Positions 14,406-23,267 of a stretch of DNA of 64,000 nucleotides are shown here, piece after piece. Each line of letters begins with the position of its first letter. The first letter of the stretch is position 1. This DNA comes from Nannocystales bacterium (GTDB lineage Bacteria; Myxococcota_A; Polyangia; Nannocystales; Nannocystaceae), in contig JBOEGF010000013.1 of NCBI GenBank assembly GCA_050633305.1, positions 192,001 through 256,000 on the forward strand. The letters run 5' to 3'. Both the position numbers and the translations under genes were made by a program. The notes beneath the pieces are model-generated. The model was given only the letters and a program-made list of their open reading frames with translations, ran no database searches and had not been told where the DNA came from.

Positions 14406-14570
14406 TTCGGCCGCGCCGACGAAGCCCGCGAGGCCCTCGCCGGCCCGCTCACCCACGCCAACGCGTTCGGTGTACTGAGCGAAGACGTCGGTCCGCGCAC
14501 CGAGACGCTGTGGGGCAACTTCCCGCGGACGAGCTTCCACGCCGGCGCATCAACACAGTTTTTGCGTTGA
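14406..14570 (+). pseudogene. C-terminal fragment of a GH15 (glucoamylase/trehalase-like) gene
   Basis: GRADEAREAL...ANAFGVLSEDV...LWGNFP resembles the GH15 C-terminal GLLSEE...GNFPQ motif; no N-terminus. Confidence 0.6.
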
Positions 14571-14604
14571 GTGCGGTGATGGGACCCACCCTGTAGGGGG
14601 CGCA

Positions 14605-15753
14605 TCAGCGGGCCTCGATGCGAACCTCGCGGCTCCGTCCGTCACGGTCGTAGACGAACGTGCCGGCGGGGTGGGTCAGCAGCCGCTCGAGGACCGCCGA
14701 CAGCGACTCCTGATCGGTCAGCGCCTTGCCGTCGACCGACCGAAGGATGTCCCCATTGCGCAGACCGACCGTGGCGGCGAGATCGGTGCTCGCCTCCTCC
14801 CGATCGAACCCCTCCAGTCGAATCCCCGGATAGCCAGGCTCGGCCGGGTCGAGCAGTCGGAGCAGTGCGCCATCAGCTTCGACCACGCTGGCTGCAGCAA
14901 ACACGCTGTCGATGAGCGCAGGGTCGTACGTGCACGAAGTCTGGGCCTGGTTGCAATGGACGAGCTCGGCGAGCGGGCCGAACGGCGCGACTTCGCCTTC
15001 ATCCGCACCACCCGAACCTTCGTCCGCCCCACCCGAACTCTCATCCGCGCTCGAGCTCCCATCGTCTCCCGACGAATTCGGAGGCACGCCGCCGGACGTG
15101 GAGGAGCTCTCGTCCCCGCCGCCCGTAGCGTCCTCCGTGTCCGAGCCCTGCGGGGGCGGGTTCTTGTAGTAGTAGCACCAACCGTCTGCACCCTTTGCGT
15201 ATGAGCCGGAGTTCTCGGAAATCGGGCGCACGTACTCCTCACCCATGTCCAGGTCGAGGTAGCGAGCGCGAGTCGGGTTCTGCAGGTACGCGCGGCAGAC
15301 GATGTCCGCGGTATGGCTGGTACAGTTGATGTCTTCGTCAGAGAGATAGACGACGCATTCGTCGTGCATTTGCGCCACCATTGTCTCGATGACCCCCGTG
15401 TAGTAGTTCTGATCAGCTGCAGGCATCGAGGAGCCGACGCCGGCCTCGATCGCAGTCATCATGTGATCGAGTCTCTGGAGGTCGGCCTGGTCGGAGATCT
15501 CTGTCTGTCCGGAATGGACTTGCTCGACCGCGCCGACTTCATCTTCGAGGTTGATCTCGAAACCGCTCGAGGCGTCCACGCACCGAAGAGCCAAGTCCGC
15601 TGGCAGCAGCTCGTCATTGAGAGGTGCGCTGCCAAACATCATTCCGCTCACCGAGTAGGTTTTCTCATAGCAGATGACGTTTGGAACGAGGCAGGCGGTG
15701 GCCATGAGGCCAAGGAGTGAGATACTCAGGGTTCTGGTTGTTTGGGTGCTCAT
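14605..15753 (-). CDS. Lipoprotein with acidic Ser/Gly linker and C-terminal PDZ-like domain
   Basis: Lipobox ATAC; C-terminal VGLRNGDILRSVDGK. Confidence 0.75.
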   Translation of the reverse strand: MSTQTTRTLSISLLGLMATACLVPNVICYEKTYSVSGMMFGSAPLNDELLPADLALRCVDASSGFEINLEDEVGAVEQVHSGQTEISDQADLQRLDHMMTAIEAGVGSSMPAADQNYYTGVIETMVAQMHDECVVYLSDEDINCTSHTADIVCRAYLQNPTRARYLDLDMGEEYVRPISENSGSYAKGADGWCYYYKNPPPQGSDTEDATGGGDESSSTSGGVPPNSSGDDGSSSADESSGGADEGSGGADEGEVAPFGPLAELVHCNQAQTSCTYDPALIDSVFAAASVVEADGALLRLLDPAEPGYPGIRLEGFDREEASTDLAATVGLRNGDILRSVDGKALTDQESLSAVLERLLTHPAGTFVYDRDGRSREVRIEAR

Positions 15754-15798
15754 CTCGCGACTTCCTGTTGCGAAAGCTTGTGGTGTTGTTTGTGCGAT

Positions 15799-16212
15799 CT
15801 AATCGCGGTATTCGCCCTGGCAATCTCCGTATGCCTCGCTCGTTGCGACGCACGGCGTTTCCGAGATTCGCGCCGGGTTGTTGGTGATGATCCAGCGTGC
15901 GTCGCAGGAGGAAGCGGCCGCACATTCGTAGTGCTTCGTGAACTCCTCACCGCACGCGTCGGTTCCATCGTCCTGGAGGAACCAGTACTCCGCGTCTTCC
16001 GACAGACAGAGGTCCATGCAGTCCTGCCTGGTCTCGTAGAACTCCACGTCGGAACCACACTCCGGATCCAAGACCAGGTCACAGAAGACCTCGCACGCGG
16101 GACGCCGTCGCTCGAAGGTTCGAACCTCCTCTTCTTCCTCCACTTGCGGGCCGCACGCGCCAAGGGCCATGACGAGAGGAAGGGCGTGTTGGAAGAGATT
16201 GCGGCGGTTCAT
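15799..16212 (-). CDS. Small Cys-rich lipoprotein
   Basis: MNRRNLFQHALPLVMALGAC; CEVFC, CMDLC; AGGAG RBS upstream. Confidence 0.75.
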   Translation of the reverse strand: MNRRNLFQHALPLVMALGACGPQVEEEEEVRTFERRRPACEVFCDLVLDPECGSDVEFYETRQDCMDLCLSEDAEYWFLQDDGTDACGEEFTKHYECAAASSCDARWIITNNPARISETPCVATSEAYGDCQGEYRD

Positions 16213-16425
16213 TGGAACTCCTGTATGGGCCGGCAGCATACGCGGTCATGCAGTCGTGGACCATTCATGCCACCTCGGAGCCGGGGTGGCACTCCGGAAA
16301 CGAGGTTGGGGTCGCCTGTCCGCACGTCCCCGTAGGTGTTGACATACCCAGAACCGGCCCGCGGTTCGAAACGTAGGCCCCCCTGTTGAGATGAGATCGG
16401 TCTTGGGCCCACTTGGACTGAAGGA

Positions 16426-16650
16426 CTACGATTCGAGGCGAACCACCTGCAGCGTCGCTTCGTTGGGCGGTGTCCGAGCGTCGGCCCAAAGGTGAATCAT
16501 CCCGCCTTCGTTGAGCGCCCGGACTGTGAGCCGTTCAAAATCGAAGGCGCCGCTTGGAATGTGAACGTCGAAGCCGTGCAGGATCCCGCGGCCGTAGTCG
16601 CCGTCGAGCTCGTCGATGACGAACCGAACCCGGCTCGCTGGGGTGTTGTC
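16426..16650 (-). pseudogene. Probable C-terminal remnant of an unknown gene
   Basis: Protein-like VRFVIDELDGDYGRGILHGFDVHIP...LES* with no convincing start. Confidence 0.35.
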
Positions 16651-16876
16651 GGTCTTCGTTCTCCTCACCAAGGACGTGGAACTGAGACAGCCCGGACGCG
16701 GCGCCGCCAGCTGTGGGGTGCCAGATCGTGGCGCTGTGCCGACCCTCGTCCGCCCGGCGGACGGGCTCGGCGGCGGCGACCACGGAGGGAAGGGATACAG
16801 ACCATGTCGACCCTGTTCCCGAAGGCACGAGAACGTTCCCGCCCGTTGACGCCCCAGGTCGTCGTGCCGACGTGGG

Positions 16877-17245
16877 ATGGCCGCGCTCGTGGCCCGCAGC
16901 GCCTCGCCCGACCGAGTCGTCGCCAGCCGGGTCGCCGAGACGCTCCGGGGCCTGTCGCTCGATACCTATCTGCGGCTGAGCCGGGAGATCGCGACCTATG
17001 ACTACCGACCGACGCTGCAACGCAGCACGGCGCCCTACCTCTTGCTGCGCGGGGAGAAGGAACGCAGCATCAACGCCGCACTCGCCTCGACTCTGGCCGT
17101 GGTCGACGTTCACCCCACGGCCCGGTGCATGGAGCTGGCGAAGGCTGGGCACTTCGCGAACCTCGAGGTCCCGGAGGCTTTCGAGCGAGCGCTCCAGGAC
17201 TTCTGGAGCTCGCTCGATCCCGCAGCCGACGCGGCGATGACGTGA
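16877..17245 (+). pseudogene. C-terminal fragment of an alpha/beta hydrolase
   Basis: PYLLLRGEKE and AGHFANLEVPEAF (catalytic His region); the nucleophile-bearing N-terminal half is absent. Confidence 0.7.
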
Positions 17246-17347
17246 ATCGTCGCCCGCAACGTGCCACTCCCTGCGCGCGTGGCTCCGTACGTTCGCATGC
17301 CGACTCCGCTTTCCTGGCTGGTTTTCTCCCAGCTGTTGCGCGAGGCG

Positions 17348-17896
17348 CTAGAGCTGAACGAGCTCGACGGACAGCTTGTCCTCGCCGAAGTCCGGGTCGC
17401 AGGCCCGACCGAACCATTGGGCGGAGATCGACGCGTTGACCTCTACGAGCTCGACGACCTGACCTTCGGCGAGTTCGGCGACGGAGACCTGAACGACCTC
17501 CGCCTCGGTACAGCGCCTTCCGGAAGAGTCCAAGTCTGCCTCGGCGACGAGCGCAATCGAGTGCCAGTTGCCGAGATCGTTGCGGGCCCAATCGACGTTT
17601 GTGTGAACCAACTCGTCGCCATCGGGTTCGAGCGCAAGCGACTCGACGGTGAGTTCGACGCTGCTGCCACCATTCGTGAACGCGCGTAAGCTGAATCTTC
17701 CGCTGACTGTCAGGCCGTGGGGCGGCTCTCCGGTCGCGCACAGCGTGACCTCGAACGCGGTGACGGGGGCGTCGGCGGTGAGCATCGCGGGTTCGGCCGA
17801 CGCCGACACGCTCGCGCCCCCGCCGGGCTCGCAGGCCCCCGCGAAGAACATCGCCACGAGAGAACCTTTGAGAATCTTCCGGATGCGGTTGACCAT
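17348..17896 (-). CDS. Hypothetical lipoprotein
   Basis: MVNRIRKILKGSLVAMFFAGAC lipobox; beta-rich acidic body. Confidence 0.65.
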   Translation of the reverse strand: MVNRIRKILKGSLVAMFFAGACEPGGGASVSASAEPAMLTADAPVTAFEVTLCATGEPPHGLTVSGRFSLRAFTNGGSSVELTVESLALEPDGDELVHTNVDWARNDLGNWHSIALVAEADLDSSGRRCTEAEVVQVSVAELAEGQVVELVEVNASISAQWFGRACDPDFGEDKLSVELVQL

Positions 17897-18191
17897 GACG
17901 GACGCCACGATTCGATAGTAGCCGGCGGCCGCCAAACGATCACGCGAGCGGTGGAATATGCGCCACCGCGCTGTTTTCCGTCATCCGAAGCAACTCCCTC
18001 CGCGAGTGCTTTGACGAAGGCAACCATTCTCGAGCGGCGTGGTGTTGGCCGGGACGATCGTGCGGGCGCGGGGATGACGAGCGCAAGCGGCACGGGCTGC
18101 GCCTACTCCCGCGGGGCGAGGGGTGAAGAGGGAGCGCAGGGCGTGGTGTCCTGCGAGGATGCCGTAGTACCTCTCGACTCTCGGCGCTCAA

Positions 18192-18249
18192 AGTGAAACG
18201 AGCAGGGGAAAGCCGGCAGCGGCATCGGCGCAGATGGCCGGAGACGAGT
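18192..18249. repeat. 58-bp copy of the IS91/ISCR-like element downstream end (matches 21286-21343)
   Basis: AGTGAAAC..GAAAGCCGGCAGCGGCATCGGCGCAGATGGCCGGAGACGAGT, 3 mismatches between copies. Confidence 0.85.
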
Positions 18250-18517
18250 AAGAATGGCGAGCAGCTAAAGGACTTCAATGGAGTTGCCGCAGAACTCCGC
18301 GGGGTTAGGTTCACAAAGCCCGGCGGGGGGAACTGGGACCACATCACGGAGATGGAACAGAGCGTTGTTGGGCTGGAAAAAGCGGTCCGCGAACTCCAAG
18401 GAAGCCTGCGAAACCCCAACTTGGCCCCGGCTGCGGCTTCTCTAATTCGTGAGACAATAGCAAGGGCCGAGACGGTGACTTCGCAAAATGCCTGCTACCC
18501 TTGCTGGCGGCGTCTGA
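18250..18517 (+). pseudogene. Orphan Ntox28-like (CdiA-CT EC536-type tRNase) toxin tip, 5'-truncated and frameshifted
   Basis: KDFNGVAAELRG..KPGGGNWDHITEMEQSVVGL resembles the Ntox28 D...GGxWDHxxE motif. Removing one base near 18478 gives ...VLRKMPATLAGGV* ending at 18517. Confidence 0.72.
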
Positions 18518-18528
18518 GGGAATGTGTC

Positions 18529-19026
18529 ATGAGTGCACCGGGGTATCGTAGGATTCATCACGAGCTGATGAGTGGTGATGTCGACCGTACGCTGGACGCT
18601 TTATTTCTGATAGGTGGACGGACCGACACTCCTCCGCCCCCGGAGGTTGTGGCTTGTTGCAATCGGCTGATGCGTCACTTTGATGAGGATGTCCGAATTC
18701 AGAGCATAATGGCGGTCGGGATTCATTGGGCGAGTTCCATGTCGCTAGATTCGCTGCTGGAGGTGGCTTCTCTGGACGATCTGGTTGAGGTTCGAACTGC
18801 TGCCGTGCGAGCTCTTACTCGCTATGCGGAATCGAAGAAGGAGGACGTGTGTAGGGTGCTCGCGAGAATTGCGGCGGAGCCTAGCGAGGATCCGGGCTTG
18901 CGTGCGGTGGCATACATTGGCCTCCTCCGCGCGGAGGGCCTTATTACGGCTCGCGAAAAAGCCAGTCTTCCGCAGGATATAGGCTCTCTAGAGGTCGATG
19001 AGCGACTGCTCCGTCGCTGGGTATGA
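18529..19026 (+). CDS. HEAT-repeat immunity protein (putative partner of the Ntox28 tip)
   Basis: ATG 18529 preceded by GAGGG; DEDVRIQSI, LVEVRTAAVRAL, DPGLRAVAY HEAT-like repeats; visibly lower GC than flanks. Confidence 0.72.
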   Translation: MSAPGYRRIHHELMSGDVDRTLDALFLIGGRTDTPPPPEVVACCNRLMRHFDEDVRIQSIMAVGIHWASSMSLDSLLEVASLDDLVEVRTAAVRALTRYAESKKEDVCRVLARIAAEPSEDPGLRAVAYIGLLRAEGLITAREKASLPQDIGSLEVDERLLRRWV

Positions 19027-19495
19027 CAGGCGACGGCCAATCGCCGACCCCAGCACCCCGCAGTCAATCGTCGCAACGCTCGGGCTGGCCGCCATCGCAC
19101 CACACGATGGCGCAGCCAACAGTTGAGCCACACTCCCCCCTGTGTTGTCCTCGCAGACGTCTCCGATGTCCTCCCCTACACACAGGCTGCTACGGAAGAG
19201 CACGATCTCGCTCACCGTCTCGGACGATTCAGGAGAAACTCGAAAGCTCCGATACCCCGTGTAGGAGAGGAAACCGTCTTGGTCGCACCGAGGCTGCGAA
19301 AACACGACAGACGTCGGATGCTCGTCCTGGGAGTCGTCGAGGCGGATAGTGCCGTCATCCTGCTTGATCCACGTTACGGGCAGTTCTGTCTCGTCGCAAC
19401 CCAGGGATACAACGAGGGGCTCACCATTGGGCCGCAGCTCGTAGCGCAACCCTCCTACATCCACGAACCACCTGGTCTCGGCAAGGTCACCGTCT
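18988..19495 (-). pseudogene. 5'-truncated hypothetical Cys-containing protein
   Basis: Acidic protein-like frame (DGDLAETRWFVDVGGLRYELRP...) cut at the IS junction near 19496. Confidence 0.4.
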
Positions 19496-20044
19496 GATGC
19501 CGACGCGCTCGCGAGGAGCGAGAGCGTGATGGGGCCAGAGCTCAGGCCAGAAACAACATCAGCTGTCCGCGAGGTGAGGGTCGCGGTGGGGGCCGAGCGG
19601 CATCCAGCGCTTCGGCTATTTCATCGGGGCTGCTCACCGCACGGGCCACCCGCATCGGACCTTGGCACCGCTGCCAAACCGAGACGTCGAACCGGAAGAC
19701 CCGGGCGAGCAAGCTCATCCACGAGAGCCGACGCGGCGCAACATCGAGCAGCTGTTTGTCGAGGGCCGGCCCGGTGTTGGCTGTGAGCTCGAGCTGGCCT
19801 TGCGGGACAAACAACGAGAGCTGCTTGGGCGGGATGCTCGTGGCCTCCGGCGTGGGGACGACGCGAGCGCGCAGCGCGTGCCGGGGGCAAGAGCGCCGTA
19901 GTACCAAACGGTGTGGGCACCCGGCGGAGGCACCAGGGCACACAACCGAGCCAAGAACCGCTCGGGGCTCATCTGGGCATAGGTGGCTCCATTTCGGCTG
20001 GGCCTCTTGAAGTGGACGCGGACCTGTCCGTCGGTGGTCCGCTG
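19496..20044 (-). mobile_element. IS91/ISCR-family transposase 3' fragment (copy A), frameshifted
   Basis: FLARLCALVPPPGAHTVWYYG, WMSLLARVFRFDV, CQGPMRV, ARPPP; near-identical to copies B and C. Confidence 0.82.
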
Positions 20045-20174
20045 TCGCATCGGGGTCGCCGACGAGCAGCAGGTCGATGGAAGTGTCTTTGGAGACCGCA
20101 GCGGCGGCCTCCATCGTGACCGCGGCTCCTTGGTCCCCTCCCATCACGTCCAGCGCGACCCGAGTTTCCGTCAT
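20045..20174 (-). pseudogene. plsX: 5' fragment of phosphate acyltransferase PlsX joined to the transposase fragment
   Basis: MTETRVALDVMGGDQGAAVTMEAA...IDLLLVGD matches the PlsX N-terminal ALDxMGGD...LVG signature. Confidence 0.75.
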
Positions 20175-20275
20175 CGGGCAGAGTGTACCGCTGCTGTCGG
20201 GGTACCATTGGGGGGATGGAGGGATCGGCCGATGCTGCTCCGTCTGAGTCGGACCTGCCCTCTGAGGCGTACGGC

Positions 20276-21058
20276 TCAACCGTCCGACGCATCCGTCGTG
20301 ATCAGGTCTGACAATGCGTCGACGACCTCGGTCCCCGTTCCCTCTCGGGCAACCTGACAGACGTCGCTGAAATCGTACGACGCAAAGCCGCCGCGGACTG
20401 AGAGTACTGTCGCCCGCTGCTCAACCTTGCGCGAAGTCTCCCACTCGATCGGTTCTTCGCCCCACCCCCACACGCAGACGGCGCCAACGTGCCCGCGAAC
20501 CTCCTGTTCTTGGGACACATCCAATGACTCAGGATCGGTTCCGCAAATACAGGCACCTCGCCCGAAACCGACCCGTTCATGGCGACTTGGGACCCAGAAA
20601 TCCACCCGCTCTTCGATGCTCCCGCCCTGGATGCACTCGAACCGAGAGAACCCTCGGTCGCGATGCGTTTCTACGCAGATTCCATCATCCCAGGGAACAA
20701 AGGCGCGGTCGCGCAGCCTCTCAACCGGACCCGACTGGAAACGAGTCCAGAAGAACACGTTGCGACAGTCCACCCCCCGCGCATCAGAGACGACGCAAAC
20801 GCACCGTCCCGCTTGGACGACGCCGTGTCGGCGCAGGTCCGCCGCCCCGCCCCGCAGCGAAGTCTTGATGGAGCGATCGACTCCAATGCCTCGGCGGCGG
20901 CACTCAACCTGAGTCCTCCCGGCCACGGCACACGACAGCTCCTCCTTCGCCTGAAGGTCCTCCGTCACGCGAACCCGTACGCACCCCGACGAGGGCCCGA
21001 AGACACCAATCACGGCGAACGCGAGAGACGATGCGGTGTACGACCAACGTTCGATCAT
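20276..21058 (-). CDS. Hypothetical Cys-rich exported protein
   Basis: 260-aa ORF with hydrophobic N-terminus; no recognised motif. Confidence 0.4.
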   Translation of the reverse strand: MIERWSYTASSLAFAVIGVFGPSSGCVRVRVTEDLQAKEELSCAVAGRTQVECRRRGIGVDRSIKTSLRGGAADLRRHGVVQAGRCVCVVSDARGVDCRNVFFWTRFQSGPVERLRDRAFVPWDDGICVETHRDRGFSRFECIQGGSIEERVDFWVPSRHERVGFGRGACICGTDPESLDVSQEQEVRGHVGAVCVWGWGEEPIEWETSRKVEQRATVLSVRGGFASYDFSDVCQVAREGTGTEVVDALSDLITTDASDG

Positions 21059-21285
21059 GACGCAGGCTCGAGAATACTATCCTCGATCGGCCCCGAACGT
21101 TCCGGGGCCCCTTGGGCAGCCCACGCCGCCCTGTCGGTCGACCGGAGCGTCGCAAAGGCGTAGCCCCTCTCGCGCGTCGACGACGAGCAAGGTTTGGCCG
21201 CCATCTCGGCTTGTCTTCGCACACCTCCTTTCGAGGAACCCAATGGCGCAGGACGCTAAGGACATGCGGGTGGCACGGTCGCTTG

Positions 21286-22036
21286 AGTGAAACTAGCTGG
21301 GAAAAGCCGGCAGCGGCATCGGCGCAGATGGCCGGAGACGAGTCACAGGCAACGCGGACGGTGCCCACCGGAGCCGCGCTGAGGACAGAACCGGGCGCGC
21401 CGAGGGCCGGATGGGCGTCTGAGGGACGCTCGAGGAGTTCCGTAGTGTGCCAATGCCCGTACGGATGCCGACCCGCTCGCGAGAGCGAGGGCGTGATAGG
21501 GGCCAGAGCTCAGGCCAGATACAACATCAGCTGTCCGCGAGATGAGGGTCGCGGTGGCGGCCGAGCGGCATGCAGCACTTCGGCGATTTCATCGGAGCAG
21601 GTCACCGCACGGACCACCCGCATCGGGCCCTGGCACCGCTGGCAAACCGAGACGTCGAACCTCGAGCTGGCCTTGCGGGACAACCAACGAGAGCTGCTTG
21701 GGCTCGATGTTCGTGGCCTCCGGCGTGGGGATGATGCGAGCGCGCAGAGCGTGCCGGGGCGCGAGAACGCCGTAGTACCGGACGGTGTGGGCACCCGGCG
21801 GAGGGACCAGGGCACACAACCGAGCCAAGAAACGCTCGGGGCTCATCCGGGCACACGTGGCTCCACTTCGGCTGGGCTTCTTGAAGTGGACGCGGACCTG
21901 TCCGTCGGTGGTCCGCTGCACGGCACCGAGCGCAAACGGGGGACGCAGCAGATAGCGACAGACCCGTTCGAGACGCTTTCGGTCGCGACCATCGACACAG
22001 ACGGCGGCATGAAGCTGCATGGCGAAGCCCGAGACA
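21286..22036 (-). mobile_element. IS91/ISCR-family element 3' part (copy B) with internal deletion
   Basis: LHAAV, LERVCRYLLRPP, HTVRYYGVLAP; roughly 95 bp missing at ~21660 relative to copies A and C; carries 224 bp beyond the transposase stop. Confidence 0.85.
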
Positions 22037-22250
22037 GACGGAAGTGTCGCTGACCGAGGTTGCGAGCAACAGCAAAGTCCTCGGTACCGATGACCGCATC
22101 ATTGAGCCCGACGATGTCGGGGAGCCCGTCTCCGTCGAAGTCGTGGACCAGGATCCGTCCCTCGAGGAGGCTGAAGACTCTCGGACCGGGACCGAGCTCG
22201 TGCACCCGGGTCCCGCCCAGTGGGCTGCATACCTCTTCCACCAGCCGCCA
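22037..22250 (-). pseudogene. FG-GAP repeat gene fragment
   Basis: ILVHDFDGDGLPDIVGLND...ARNLG between two transposase copies. Confidence 0.5.
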
Positions 22251-22420
22251 GAGCTCCTCGCGCAGTGACCTATCGCCGAACGCGGCATTCATCGGTGTCT
22301 GATCCACCAGCTCCCCAGCGCCCTGCCCTCGGGTGCCCCGATGATGTCGCCGCTGTTCCCGATCGTCCGCTCGAGGCAATCGGCGTACTTGCGTGCGCCA
22401 TCCCGTGGACTCTGAGCCTT

Positions 22421-23210
22421 CCACCCGCATCGGGCCCTGGCACCGCTGGAAAACCGAGACGTCAAACCGGAAGACCCGGGCGAGCAAGCTCATCCACGAG
22501 AGCCGATCCGGCGCAACATCGAGCAGCTGTTTGTCGAGGGCCGGCCCGGTGTCGGCCGCGAGCTCGAGCTGGCCTTGCGGGACAAACAACGAGAGCTGCT
22601 TGGTCGGGATGTTCGTGGCCTCCGGCGTGGGGACGACGCGAGCGCGCAGGACGTGCCGGGGGGCAAGAACGCCGTAGTACCGAGCTGTATGGGCACCGGG
22701 CGGAGGGACCAGGGCACACAACCGAGCCAAGAACCGCCCCGGGCTCATCTGGGCGTAGGTGGCTCCATTTCGGCTGGGCCTCTTGAAGTGGACGCGGACC
22801 TGCCCGTCGGCGGTGCGCGCCGCGGCACCCAGCGCAAACGGGGGACGCAGCAGATAGCGGCAGACGCGTTCGAGCCGCTTTCGGTCGCGACCATCGACAC
22901 AGACGGCGGCATGAAGCTGCATGCCGAAGCCCGAGACAAGCATCGGTTCGATGGCACAGGGCGGGGTGCGCACGGGCCCAGGGCCAAGTCCGGATAACCC
23001 GAGCTCGACGCATGCCGCGACGCCATCCTCGGCCGGCTCGCCTTCGTCAACGGCACACTCGGCGAGGTCCGCGTACAGGCGCTGCAGCGTGCCCAAAAGG
23101 TGCTCTCCACCCAGCTGCTCAGTCGGCCAGAAGCGAACCTCCTGCGCGTCGTCCTCGGGAGCCTCGAAGCAACCGTCGGTCCCCAACGCGTGCAGGTGCA
23201 CGAACAACCC
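22421..23210 (-). mobile_element. IS91/ISCR-family transposase internal fragment (copy C)
   Basis: HUH motif VHLHALGTDG, RxxxY motif ERVCRYLLRPP, RYYGVLAP; both termini missing. Confidence 0.85.
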
Positions 23211-23267
23211 GACGTCACTGCGGCGACCGCCTGAACACTCGCCGTTTCAGAACCTCGAGTATCAGGC

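Noticed and set aside
18193..19026. 277-aa ORF as one natural protein
   Set aside because: Composite of IS end, toxin tip and immunity gene joined by a frameshift.
21271..21286. sigma54 promoter TGGCACGGTCGCTTGA
   Set aside because: Spacing is off by one and the -12 GC is missing.
21843..23207. 454-aa ORF as an intact transposase
   Set aside because: Chimeric: lacks the N-terminal zinc-binding region and runs into unrelated fragments after 22421.
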